NCBI GenBank assembly: GCA_964016885.1
Contig: OZ024741.1
Coordinates: 186,620,001 to 186,684,000, forward strand
Source of the DNA: Eledone cirrhosa
Taxonomy: Eukaryota
Direction: 5' to 3'
DNA length: 64,000 nucleotides
Part shown: one piece after another, positions 44,079-54,192 of the stretch
Position numbering within the stretch: position 1 is the first letter of the stretch
Layout of the letters: each line of letters opens with the position of its first letter
Position numbers and translations under genes: made by a program
The notes under the pieces: model-generated
What the model was told of the DNA's origin: nothing
What the model saw: only the letters and a program-made list of their open reading frames with translations
The model's database searches: none

Positions 44079-44320
44079 CTATTATTATTATTATTATTAT
44101 TATTATTGAATGCCATGGTTGACGGAGGCTCGGCTCTGTAAGGTATAGTAATTTTTAACCGTTAAAACAATTGTAAATTGTTTAAAACTTGAACCAAATT
44201 GTTGATAAAGACACCCTCCTCCTCGTGAGAGGGGTCTTTCTGTCCGTTATTTGGCCCTTCGGGGTTAAATAACCAGTTATTGGGGTTTTGTACCCAAAAT
44301 TTCATTTTAAACAAAAAAAC

Positions 44321-46414
44321 ATGGCTACGAAAAAGAAATTTCATACGTCACTCCCACTCATTCCGTCTTCTTCTTCCTCAATCATCACTACAGCAGAGAG
44401 AAGATTGTCTCTCTCCCTCCCTTCTTTAAATGTGTCTCTCTCCCTCCCTTCTCTTTCGCAAGTGACGAAAGAAAAGAAAAGTCTCGTGCAAAGCGTGCAA
44501 GGTTTCTCCACGACGACGACAGCGACGAAACAGGTGTGCGGGAAATACGAAAACTCAGTTCATTCGTCTGACGTCAGGAATAATAGCAGTAGCAGCCGTA
44601 ATAACAACAGCAACAGTGACAATGAAAACAACAGTAGCAGCCGCAACAGCATCACCAGCAGCATAAACAACAACAGCATTAGCAGCAGCAACACCAACAA
44701 CAACCACAGCAACAGCGGCGGAGGCAGTAGTCGTAGTACCTGCAGCAACAACAAAAGTACCAGCAGCTCTGACGACAACAACAACAGCAGAGAAAAACCA
44801 ATCTCATTTGCAGGTATTGCGAAAAACCTGGAAACAATCCTCATAACAAATGAGGAATTAGAGGAAGCGAAGAAGATGGTGACAAAGAACGGACACCGAG
44901 CAATCTGCAAGGCAGCGAAAAATTTTTTCGAAACCCAAGAGCACTGTACGGTCACGTACCGTACAGTAAGTACAAAATCCCGTAGGGTGGAAAGAGCCAC
45001 AGAGGCCCAAATACAAAAAGCCTTGGGGTCTGTGTGGCAGAGGAAAACGCACATCACCCGAGGCAAAAAATACGCCACCGTAGACGTACTTTTTGCCACA
45101 CCCCAGGAGGCAAAGGCCCAATCAGTAGTGACCCTAAGGAGCGAGGAAATGGTGTTGGTGCCCTCCTACTGCGGGCAAAAAATTGTGAGGGTCAAACTGA
45201 CCCACGTCCCCCCCGGAATGACCCCTTCTTGGCTGGCCGCGTCTGTCCTCGTCGGAATCGAGGACAAAACAACTGTACTGCAAGTACAGAAAAAAGTAAG
45301 AGAAGATTGGGTCGGCTCCTCCATTGAGATGCTAATCCAAACCAACCAGGAGTGCATCGAAGCTATCCCGGATGTGATAGACTTCGATAACGGCACTCAA
45401 CTGCCCATAAGTGTTGAGGGCAAACGCCCGAAATGCTTTCGCTGTGGATCGAAGACTCACCTCAGGGCCTTCTGCAACGAGAAGACCCTGAGAAAGGAGA
45501 AAACCCCCCTCCTCCCGAATCCGGTTCCACGGCTACCAGCAACAGGACAAGCGGCAACCAGGAACGATAGGTCCGTGGCACCCATACCCACTCCACGGAA
45601 ATCAAAGACAGCAGCAGCAGTGGAAATATTAACAACAACAACAGCAATACCAAATGCAGCTGCAACAGAGACTCCAGTGCAAACATCACCAACAACAACA
45701 AGTGAAAGAGTGGAGCTGGTACCCCTCCCCGACCTTACAGAATCAGACATGGAGTGTGAGGTGGGAGAGGGATGGCAAAAGGTCTCAAGAAGGCACAAAC
45801 GCAGAAGCAGCGCATCGTCGCCTTTGAAAAGGGAGGAAAGAAATGAGAAAAGGGTAAAGTCTACTGCAAAGAGACCCACAGCAGCAACACCACCAACACC
45901 ATCACCACCCACACCAGCACCACCATCACCACCGGCGACAACCCCACCGCCAACAACACCTTCAACACCACCACCACAAGCACCAACATCGCAAACACAA
46001 CAACAAAACACACACACCCAGCAACAACGACAAGAAAATAGCAGAACCACACCCCACCCCCAGAAAAACAAATGCACGGCAATAAACACACACAACAAGA
46101 AACTAATGACTTACATAATTAAACACACAGACATTTCACAACAGGACTACATAATACCAGCACCAATCAAAACGCCAACTAACATAAGACTGCTAAAAAT
46201 AGCACAGAAACAATACACAAACATTAAAACGAAATTCCCCAACGCAGTTGGTGATTTCAGGGACCTAGGAGGAACCATTAATCGAAGAGTATATTCAGAC
46301 ATTCTCTTAGAAGAGCCGACGACCAGCCGAAGGGACGATTCAACGGTCCCTTCACCAGACGATCAAGTGAAAAGGGATGTAAAAACCATCCCTCCTCTAC
46401 CAAAAATACGGTAA
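44321..46414 (+). CDS. LINE ORF1 protein (nucleic-acid chaperone with CCHC zinc knuckle)
   Basis: ATG at 44321 (MATKKKF). Open frame with CFRCGSKTHLRAFC knuckle and Ser/Asn- and Pro/Thr-rich low-complexity linkers. Confidence 0.9.
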   Translation: MATKKKFHTSLPLIPSSSSSIITTAERRLSLSLPSLNVSLSLPSLSQVTKEKKSLVQSVQGFSTTTTATKQVCGKYENSVHSSDVRNNSSSSRNNNSNSDNENNSSSRNSITSSINNNSISSSNTNNNHSNSGGGSSRSTCSNNKSTSSSDDNNNSREKPISFAGIAKNLETILITNEELEEAKKMVTKNGHRAICKAAKNFFETQEHCTVTYRTVSTKSRRVERATEAQIQKALGSVWQRKTHITRGKKYATVDVLFATPQEAKAQSVVTLRSEEMVLVPSYCGQKIVRVKLTHVPPGMTPSWLAASVLVGIEDKTTVLQVQKKVREDWVGSSIEMLIQTNQECIEAIPDVIDFDNGTQLPISVEGKRPKCFRCGSKTHLRAFCNEKTLRKEKTPLLPNPVPRLPATGQAATRNDRSVAPIPTPRKSKTAAAVEILTTTTAIPNAAATETPVQTSPTTTSERVELVPLPDLTESDMECEVGEGWQKVSRRHKRRSSASSPLKREERNEKRVKSTAKRPTAATPPTPSPPTPAPPSPPATTPPPTTPSTPPPQAPTSQTQQQNTHTQQQRQENSRTTPHPQKNKCTAINTHNKKLMTYIIKHTDISQQDYIIPAPIKTPTNIRLLKIAQKQYTNIKTKFPNAVGDFRDLGGTINRRVYSDILLEEPTTSRRDDSTVPSPDDQVKRDVKTIPPLPKIR

Positions 46415-46449
46415 GTGGTCTTTCCCATCTTTTCCACTCTATTTTAAAC

Positions 46450-49400
46450 ATGACCTCACTCAGAATAGGCAGCATAAATGCGCGTGGCTTGGGGTCGTCA
46501 TGGAAGCAGGGTCACCTGCTCAACGACCTCAGGTCACTAAACATAGATGTAGTGGCCATCAGCGAGACCAGAATCTCCGAAGCACGGGCCTTCGCACCGA
46601 TCTTCGGCGGCTACGATGTGTACGCATCTCCCAGCCGTCCTGGATCCGGTGGAGGAGTTGCTGTACTTTTTCGGAGAGGTTTGGATCTCGCCATACGGGC
46701 CATCTTCCTGGACCCAGAGGGTAAGCTGGTGGTGCTGGACGTGACCAGCGGAGACGGGCAAGCTTTCAGGCTAGTGGCCGTCTATGCCCCGACAGGAGCA
46801 GGGCGGCCTGATTTCTTCCGGCGTCTGGAGACCTTTCTTGGAACGTCCCGCTCTTTAGTGTTAGTGGGCGACTGGAACGGGATCTTAGATGCACGCTGGG
46901 ACTGTGTGGGATTAGCGGATAGGGGTGGAGGGTGCAAGAGCCTCACCAACCTGCTCAGGCGTTTTGAACTGTCTGACAGGTACCGATTGGATTTCCCGAA
47001 TGTGCCAATGTGGACTTGGACAAACCGCATAGGGTCATCCAGATCATATCTAGATAGAGTATTTTGTAGGGAAATAGATAGGTCTAGCATAGGCTGTCCA
47101 CAATTCAAGATAGTCAGCTACACGGACCACAAATTCGTGACCTGTGTGCTTGACTTAGATAGGCTTCATAGACGAGGACCCGGCTACTGGAAGCTAAACG
47201 CGTCCTTACCAGCGCGCAAGGCCTACAGAGACCGGATTAGCGAACTAGTTAAGCGGGCGTTGACGGGGGCCATCGTCAACAACAAGTGGTGGTTTGCTCT
47301 GAAAAGAGCGATTAGAATAGAATCGATTAGGTTTAGTAAGGCTTTAGCAATAGAGAAAAATAGAGCAGAGGGAGAACTAGTTAGAAAATTAGACGAGGCG
47401 CTTAGCAAAGGCATTGCGACCGACGTGCTTGCGGCGAAATTGGCCCTTGACCAATTCTTCAATGCAAAGCACGAAGGCTGCGTTGTCAGAGCTAGGGTGC
47501 GTGCTCTCAGACACGAGGGGACGAAAGCCGTTCAATGGGCCCGAGTGGCGGAGGCGCGTCGTGGCAACAAAGCCACGATCCGGTCTTTGGTGGACCACGA
47601 CGGGCGCATGCTACTCGATCCCGGGCAAATGTGTGAAGCTTTTCAGCGACACTTCGCTCAGCTGTTCGGGGGCAGCGGGGGGCCGGGTAGAGGGATGGAC
47701 TTTAGTGTCTACCTCGACGGGCTGCCGCGGCTCTCGGCCACTGAGGCGAGGTGTTGCGAAAAGCCGATAACAGCCGCTGAAGTACGGGAGGCAATGACTG
47801 GCTGCACAAGGGGTAAATCGCCTGGTTTGGATGGTCTGCCCTATGAACTTTACGTACAGATGCCAGACTTGTTCGGAGGCCTCTTGGCGGACGTCTACTG
47901 CAACTGGCAACAGAACGGGAGAATTCCCAGTTCTGTGAGCCGAGGAGCGGTGGCACTGCTGAGAAAGGATCCGAACAAGGGGGATAACATAGACAATTTC
48001 CGGCCCATAACTCTGCTAAACACAGAGTTTAAGATTTTGGCCAAGGTGCTAGCAAAGAGGTTGGCGCTTGTCGTTGGTGGTCTGGTGGGAGAGGCGCAGA
48101 CATGCGCCATTCCCGACAGATCCATCCACGACAACCTCCACCTCATGCGATACATCGTAGAGAGGGTAGCTAGGGAACCTGGCACGGGTGGGTCCTTGAT
48201 CAATTTAGATCAGTCGAAAGCTTTCGATAGGGTCGACCATCGTTACCTAGCGGCAGTCCTGAGGGCGGCTGGCTTTGGGCCCGTCTTCAGAGGCTGGATC
48301 GCTGCCATGCACAGCGACATCTGCTCTGTGGTGAGAGTGAACGGTCACCTGTCGGAACCGTTCAACATCATGCGCTCGGTCCGCCAAGGATGTCCCCTCT
48401 CGTCCCTCTTGTACGTATTGACTCTCGAGCCATTACTGCACAAACTGGAGACGTTGAGGGGAGTCCCGCGCGAACTAGGATGCGGAAGATCCGTGTCAGC
48501 ATATGCGGACGATGTCACCGTAGTGGTGTCGAACGCCAAACACATCGAGGCGATCGGCACTACACTAAGAGAATACGAAGCGGTGACAGGAGCAATGATC
48601 AACCAGGAAAAGTCAGTGGGCCTGCAGCTCGGCACCTGGAGAGGCAGGTCCATGCCGTCCAACAGCGTCGTCGGGCGCTGGACGGACGGACCGGTTAAAT
48701 TGCTAGGGGTCTGGTTCGGCCCGGACCTCCAGACGGACAAAAACTGGGACGAGGTGACGAGCAGGGTGGCTTCTCTCACCCAGAAATGGGCGGAGAGGAA
48801 GCTATCCCTGAAAGGTCGAGCGGAGGTGGCTAACGCGTACATCGCGTCTGTCATCTGCTACCGCCTAACCGTCGTACCTTGTCCTAAGCCTCGCCTGACT
48901 GCGCTGGAGCGTTTGCTCTTTCGCTTTTTGTGGAAGGGACGTGCTCCGATGGTCAGGCGGTCCATCTGTTGTCAACACCCGCTACGTGGAGGGCTGGGCA
49001 TGCCGTGGCTGATGATGCGCAGGCACGCGCTCAGGCTACGACATCTCCACCTCTTCCTCGACGGTGATCAGGTGTGGTCGCCGTTTGCTAGACGCGTTTT
49101 TCCCCAGCTCGTTTCCTTGACGGAGCTGCAGTCCTGGGTCAAGCGAAGACCGAGAGGGAGCGCCTGGAGACTGGAATGTCTTCAGGCGCTCACAGCTCTC
49201 GACCAATCGGGCAATGTGATCGGTGGAAACTCCACCTCGGCGTTCTATAGAGGATTAGTGGAGGGGAAGAGCGACGACGTACTTGGGGAAACTCTAGGCG
49301 TCGACGAAAATCAACTAGCCAATCTCTTCGGAAGAACTTTCGGGCCGGGGCCTATGGACAACTTCCAGAAATCTCTGGCCTGGCAGTGCTACCGAGGAGC

Positions 49401-49869
49401 CTTGCCAGTTCGGGATAAACTCTACAGGCATGGAGGTGCCGTCAGCCGGGCATGTCCGAGATGCGCGCAGGGCGACGAAACCGTCCTGCACGCACTCGTC
49501 CAGTGTCCGAAAATTGCTGACTTGTGGGTTTATGTCGAACACCTGCTGTCGCGTTTAGGACGGATCCAGCTATCATCTGAGTCTATCGTGAGGATTGCCC
49601 CGCCCTCCTCCTTTAGCCGGGAAGGGCAGGCAGTTTTTATCTGTCTGGTGGCCATGGCGAAAGAGATAGTATGGTGGACACGTTTGAAAGGGCTGAAGAC
49701 GAGCACTTACCTCTTCGGTGATGCTCTGATTGACTTTTTCAAATTTCATTTGAAAAGGAAAATCAGAGTAGAGAAGGAAGTGCTCTCTTCCCAGCATTTT
49801 GTTGAAAGATGGGTGAGAGAAGCAAGAATGGCCCGAGTGAATGGGCCGACTCTGAGTATATATCTGTAA
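46450..49869 (+). CDS. LINE ORF2 protein: APE endonuclease + reverse transcriptase + C-terminal zinc motif
   Basis: 1139 aa uninterrupted, with GSINARGL, SET, GDWN, SYLDR, TDHK (APE); SPGLDG, FRPITLLN, DQSKAFDRV, RQGCPLS, YADD (RT); and CPRC...H...C. Confidence 0.97.
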   Translation: MTSLRIGSINARGLGSSWKQGHLLNDLRSLNIDVVAISETRISEARAFAPIFGGYDVYASPSRPGSGGGVAVLFRRGLDLAIRAIFLDPEGKLVVLDVTSGDGQAFRLVAVYAPTGAGRPDFFRRLETFLGTSRSLVLVGDWNGILDARWDCVGLADRGGGCKSLTNLLRRFELSDRYRLDFPNVPMWTWTNRIGSSRSYLDRVFCREIDRSSIGCPQFKIVSYTDHKFVTCVLDLDRLHRRGPGYWKLNASLPARKAYRDRISELVKRALTGAIVNNKWWFALKRAIRIESIRFSKALAIEKNRAEGELVRKLDEALSKGIATDVLAAKLALDQFFNAKHEGCVVRARVRALRHEGTKAVQWARVAEARRGNKATIRSLVDHDGRMLLDPGQMCEAFQRHFAQLFGGSGGPGRGMDFSVYLDGLPRLSATEARCCEKPITAAEVREAMTGCTRGKSPGLDGLPYELYVQMPDLFGGLLADVYCNWQQNGRIPSSVSRGAVALLRKDPNKGDNIDNFRPITLLNTEFKILAKVLAKRLALVVGGLVGEAQTCAIPDRSIHDNLHLMRYIVERVAREPGTGGSLINLDQSKAFDRVDHRYLAAVLRAAGFGPVFRGWIAAMHSDICSVVRVNGHLSEPFNIMRSVRQGCPLSSLLYVLTLEPLLHKLETLRGVPRELGCGRSVSAYADDVTVVVSNAKHIEAIGTTLREYEAVTGAMINQEKSVGLQLGTWRGRSMPSNSVVGRWTDGPVKLLGVWFGPDLQTDKNWDEVTSRVASLTQKWAERKLSLKGRAEVANAYIASVICYRLTVVPCPKPRLTALERLLFRFLWKGRAPMVRRSICCQHPLRGGLGMPWLMMRRHALRLRHLHLFLDGDQVWSPFARRVFPQLVSLTELQSWVKRRPRGSAWRLECLQALTALDQSGNVIGGNSTSAFYRGLVEGKSDDVLGETLGVDENQLANLFGRTFGPGPMDNFQKSLAWQCYRGALPVRDKLYRHGGAVSRACPRCAQGDETVLHALVQCPKIADLWVYVEHLLSRLGRIQLSSESIVRIAPPSSFSREGQAVFICLVAMAKEIVWWTRLKGLKTSTYLFGDALIDFFKFHLKRKIRVEKEVLSSQHFVERWVREARMARVNGPTLSIYL

Positions 49870-50130
49870 ACTAAAGGTGGAAAACTGGGAGAGGGCACTT
49901 GCCTTGGTGGTCAGGGTCATTGTGGCTTTTTACTGGGCTTTCTCCACAAATGTCCCTCCGAAGTCTCCCCCCTATTGGGGAATTTTTCATTGTTATTTTC
50001 ATTGTTATTTTTGTTACATCCTCTGTTTTTGTTTTTTTTACACGCAGAAATGCCCATTTGTACCGTCCTGCATTGTCCTGCACTGTCCTTAATGTCTACT
50101 TTATGTAAACCCTTGTGGTTAATAAAGAAA

Positions 50131-50189
<59 letters not shown>

Positions 50190-51059
50190 GTCGTTATTGT
50201 CGTAATTATGTCGTTTTGTTTTTTTCGTCCAATGGCCATACTTGATAACGAGGGGGCAGCCATCATGTATCTATGTATATGTGTATGTGTGTATGTACGT
50301 ATGTGTGTATGTATGTATATATGCATATATGTGGGTACCTATATTTGTATGTATGCATGCCCTCTTTCTCTTAACTTTGAATTTATTTTTGACCACCCAT
50401 ATTCCCAGTGGCAAGGTTGTAAAGAAAAGCATATTTTTGTCGTCCCTTGTTCAATTGTTCATCCTTTGAATCGTATGAATGGTTTGCAGATTTTGAATGT
50501 TCATTATATCGTGCTCATTTATTACTTCTGAATTAACGAGCTACTTACTTTCTTCTCAAATTCAAGTTCAGTCATACTAATTAATGTAGCGCAAAAATAT
50601 TCTTAATTTGAAATATCGACCGAAACGTCACAGCTGAAACAACATTAATCGTAGATTATCTCAACTGATCTGAGATTAAATAACAACAAAAAATTAATTA
50701 TATCGCAAGTCGGCTCTTGTGAAATCAGAGAAACATCGAGAAATTAAGTGGAATGAAATACTATTTACTAATTACCATATGGCTGGCATATTAATTAAAC
50801 AATAACTAAGTAATTAAACAGTAGTTAGTATAAATTTTCGACTATTCAGACTAGTTCAAATGTTAAATAAAATAAAATTTATATTGAGACATTCAACAAA
50901 CATCATTAATAGTTGATAGTTAATTTTCCGCATGAACTGCACTAACCTTGTAACAAACAAAGGTTCCAGTAAGTGGTAAATGACGAATAGAGAAACATAC
51001 AATAAGATAAGCACTCTACTATTATATATATATATATATATATAATCGACCAGTGCTAC

Positions 51060-51415
51060 CACTCCAGAGTCCAACACGAAAAGAAACGGCTCAAACGGAA
51101 ATATGAGTGGATCTTGCTTAACTCCGCAACGAGAACACTGACACTAACAAACAGACAGACCAGAACCACGTGAAAAACAACAACGTAACAACCGCCGCCG
51201 CCACATCCAATAACACCGAGCCACACCTCAACGATGCGACGGACCTGGTCACCGACCTAACCGACACCCTCACGAACGACGAGCTCGAACTCCTACGACT
51301 CGCACCCAAGTTCATCGTCTCACAACGACTCGACGACAGAATCAAACTCGACATCGAAGCCGACTTCTGTCGAGCCGCCTACCAACTTAAATGGGTGACC
51401 GCCATCAATAGCGTC
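51060..51415 (+). mobile_element. Penelope-like element N-terminal fragment
   Basis: DLTDTLTNDELELLRLAPKFIVS...DIEADFCRAAYQLKW resembles the conserved N-terminal region of PLE ORFs. Truncated by (CA)n. Confidence 0.5.
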
Positions 51416-51427
51416 ACACACACACTG

Positions 51428-51480
<53 letters not shown>

Positions 51481-51570
51481 CAACATGAATGGACCTGTTA
51501 TTTTTATCTAAAGACATTTTTTCCAATTCCAAACCGCCCGTCTCCTCAATCTATTTTATTTCTCATTCTT

Positions 51571-51606
51571 TCTTCTGATGAAGGACTAGCGACCGAAACT
51601 TTAAGA
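51571..51606 (+). ncRNA. degenerate minimal hammerhead-like motif
   Basis: TCTT-CTGATGA-aGG...CC-GAAAC-TTT-AAGA. Stem I TCTT/AAGA is present, but stem III is one substitution away from palindromic AACGTT. Confidence 0.4.
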
Positions 51607-51689
51607 CCCTCTTCCTGCTATATCAAGCGTTAACCTAATATATACCTTCCATATACTGTACAGATTGTGTTGTTATTTCTGTTTACCTT

Positions 51690-51736
<47 letters not shown>

Positions 51737-52062
51737 CGGGTAAGATTTTACATTCATTTAATTTATTAATTATTAATTTATTATTTGTGTGACCCGAATT
51801 TTCCTGGTCGTTTTTTCGACTGTGCGAGTGATTTTAAGCATTGTCTCTATGTGTTGGTATTTAAACGATAGTTATAGCTCTGGTTTATCCAAACTATTGA
51901 GCCCTTTGCCATGCATTTCGAAGATTGTGTTTCGTTATTTCGAGGGCCGAGATTCCGATTCTCGATTATTTATTTATATATATATACAATACTTGTACCT
52001 GCAGTGTTAAATATGGGAAGTGTTAATATCTCTAGTGGGCGAGAGTATAAGCAGAGCGGATA

Positions 52063-52412
52063 CACGTGAAGAAGTATATAAAGGAGAACGGAGAACACAC
52101 CGTTAAAACATGTTTATTTAAAACAGCACCCACGTACGTTTCGCCCGAAAGGGCTACTCAGGTGCATAAAAAACTAAAGAGTGCTCCTTACGTGACTCAG
52201 AAGGGGTTTTAAAGATAAATTCACATCACAGTTCATTCTTCGTAAACCACATGTATTGATTTTGCAGTAGATCCAACCCCTTTTGGGTCACGTAAGGAAT
52301 AATCTTTCGCTTTTTATGCCCTTGAGAAGCCTTTTCGAGCGAAACGTACGTAGGTGCTGTTTTAAATAAACATGTTTTAACGGTTTGTTCTCCTTTATAT
52401 GCTTCTTCACGT
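52063..52412. repeat. inverted pair of ~140-bp repeats, each carrying a variant hammerhead-like motif
   Basis: 52063-52208 is the diverged reverse complement of 52275-52412. Each contains (T)TGAG.A-stem II-GAAACGTACGT-GGTGC. Confidence 0.7.
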
Positions 52413-52536
52413 ATACACACACACACACACACACTCACATATATATATATATATATATAACGAAAGAAATGTGGTAAGGAACGAGGTGGACCATAACGCA
52501 CCAAAGTACTCAATACTTAGGGTAGTAGAGTGGGTA

Positions 52537-52658
52537 ATAGGAACGAGTAGGACCCCGACGGCTGAGCTCAAGCCGTTTCGACGGCTAATTCTGGACTAAA
52601 AAAAAAAAATATTAGCCGTCGAAACGTCTTGAGCTCAGCCGTCGGGGTCCTACTCGTT

Positions 52659-52663
<5 letters not shown>
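52537..52663. repeat. ~53-bp-arm inverted repeat containing the 3' half of a hammerhead-like motif
   Basis: ATAGGAACGAGTAGGACCCCGACGGCTGAGCTCAAG.CGTTTCGACGGCTAAT and its reverse complement from 52611, containing GCCGTC-GAAACGTC-TTGAG. Confidence 0.75.
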
Positions 52664-52687
<24 letters not shown>

Positions 52688-52693
<6 letters not shown>

Positions 52694-54192
52694 ATAAATG
52701 CTCTGAAATAGCGATATATATGTGAATATAGACATAGAATATTCGAAAATATTCTGTATGTTTATAATAAACATTTTGAAGACCTAATCGCTATAGAATA
52801 GAATACGTCAAGTATTACAATTAGATTCTCGATAAAAGCAAGGGAAGTAATCTACGCGTTTCATTCTCGTAAGAAATCATCAGGACTACATATCCAGTGC
52901 TTTTATCGAGAATGACACAGCTAGAGACTTATAGAATACTTAGCTGTGTACAGGAACTGGTTTGAAAGAGCGGTTGCCGGTCCGGCAGAAATTAGAAATT
53001 GGAATAAATGCTCTGAAATAGCGATATATATGTGAATATAGACATAGAATATTCGAAAATATTCTGTATGTTTATAATAAACATTTTGAAGACCTAATCG
53101 CTATAGAATAGAATACGTCAAGTATTACAATTAGATTCTCGATAAAAGCAAGGGAAGTAATCTACGCGTTTCATTCTCGTAAGAAATCATCAGGACTACA
53201 TATCCAGTGCTTTTATCGAGAATGACACAGCTAGAGACTTATAGAATACTTAGCTGTGTACAGGAACTGGTTTGAAAGAGCGGTTGCCGGTCCGGCAGAA
53301 ATTAGAAATTGGAATAAATGCTCTGAAATAGCGATATATATGTGAATATAGACATAGAATATTCGAAAATATTCTGTATGTTTATAATAAACATTTTGAA
53401 GACCTAATCGCTATAGAATAGAATACGTCAAGTATTACAATTAGATTCTCGATAAAAGCAAGGGAAGTAATCTACGCGTTTCATTCTCGTAAGAAATCAT
53501 CAGGACTACATATCCAGTGCTTTTATCGAGAATGACACAGCTAGAGACTTATAGAATACTTAGCTGTGTACAGGAACTGGTTTGAAAGAGCGGTTGCCGG
53601 TCCGGCAGAAATTAGAAATTGGAATAAATGCTCTGAAATAGCGATATATATGTGAATATAGACATAGAATATTCGAAAATATTCTGTATGTTTATAATAA
53701 ACATTTTGAAGACCTAATCGCTATAGAATAGAATACGTCAAGTATTACAATTAGATTCTCGATAAAAGCAAGGGAAGTAATCTACGCGTTTCATTCTCGT
53801 AAGAAATCATCAGGACTACATATCCAGTGCTTTTATCGAGAATGACACAGCTAGAGACTTATAGAATACTTAGCTGTGTACAGGAACTGGTTTGAAAGAG
53901 CGGTTGCCGGTCCGGCAGAAATTAGAAATTGGAATAAATGCTCTGAAATAGCGATATATATGTGAATATAGACATAGAATATTCGAAAATATTCTGTATG
54001 TTTATAATAAAAATTTTGAAGACCTAATCGCTATAGAATAGAATACGTCAAGTATTACAATTAGATTCTCGATAAAAGCAAGGGAAGTAATCTACGCGTT
54101 TCATTCTCGTAAGAAATCATCAGGACTACATATCCAGTGCTTTTATCGAGAATGACACAGCTAGAGACTTATAGAATACTTAGCTGTGTACA
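52688..54192 (-). repeat. 310-bp satellite, left block (~4.9 monomers, hammerhead on - strand)
   Basis: GGAATAAATG recurs at 52691, 53001, 53311, 53621 and 53931. TCATCAG recurs at 52877, 53187, 53497, 53807 and 54117. Confidence 0.98.
52825..52913 (-). ncRNA. type I hammerhead ribozyme (first - strand copy; repeats every 310 bp)
   Basis: Reverse complement of 54341-54429. Confidence 0.85.

Larger units (their letters stand above)
44109..50132 (+). mobile_element. intact full-length L1/Tx1-clade LINE (family B, copy 2)
   Basis: ~6.0 kb with a 5' UTR, open ORF1 and ORF2, and a 3' UTR with AATAAA at 50121. Inserted in (ATT)n. Confidence 0.97.

Noticed and set aside
44560-49920. Antisense and alternative-frame ORFs overlapping the Tx1 ORFs
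   Set aside because: These are expected shadows of GC-rich or low-complexity coding sequence, with no independent motifs.
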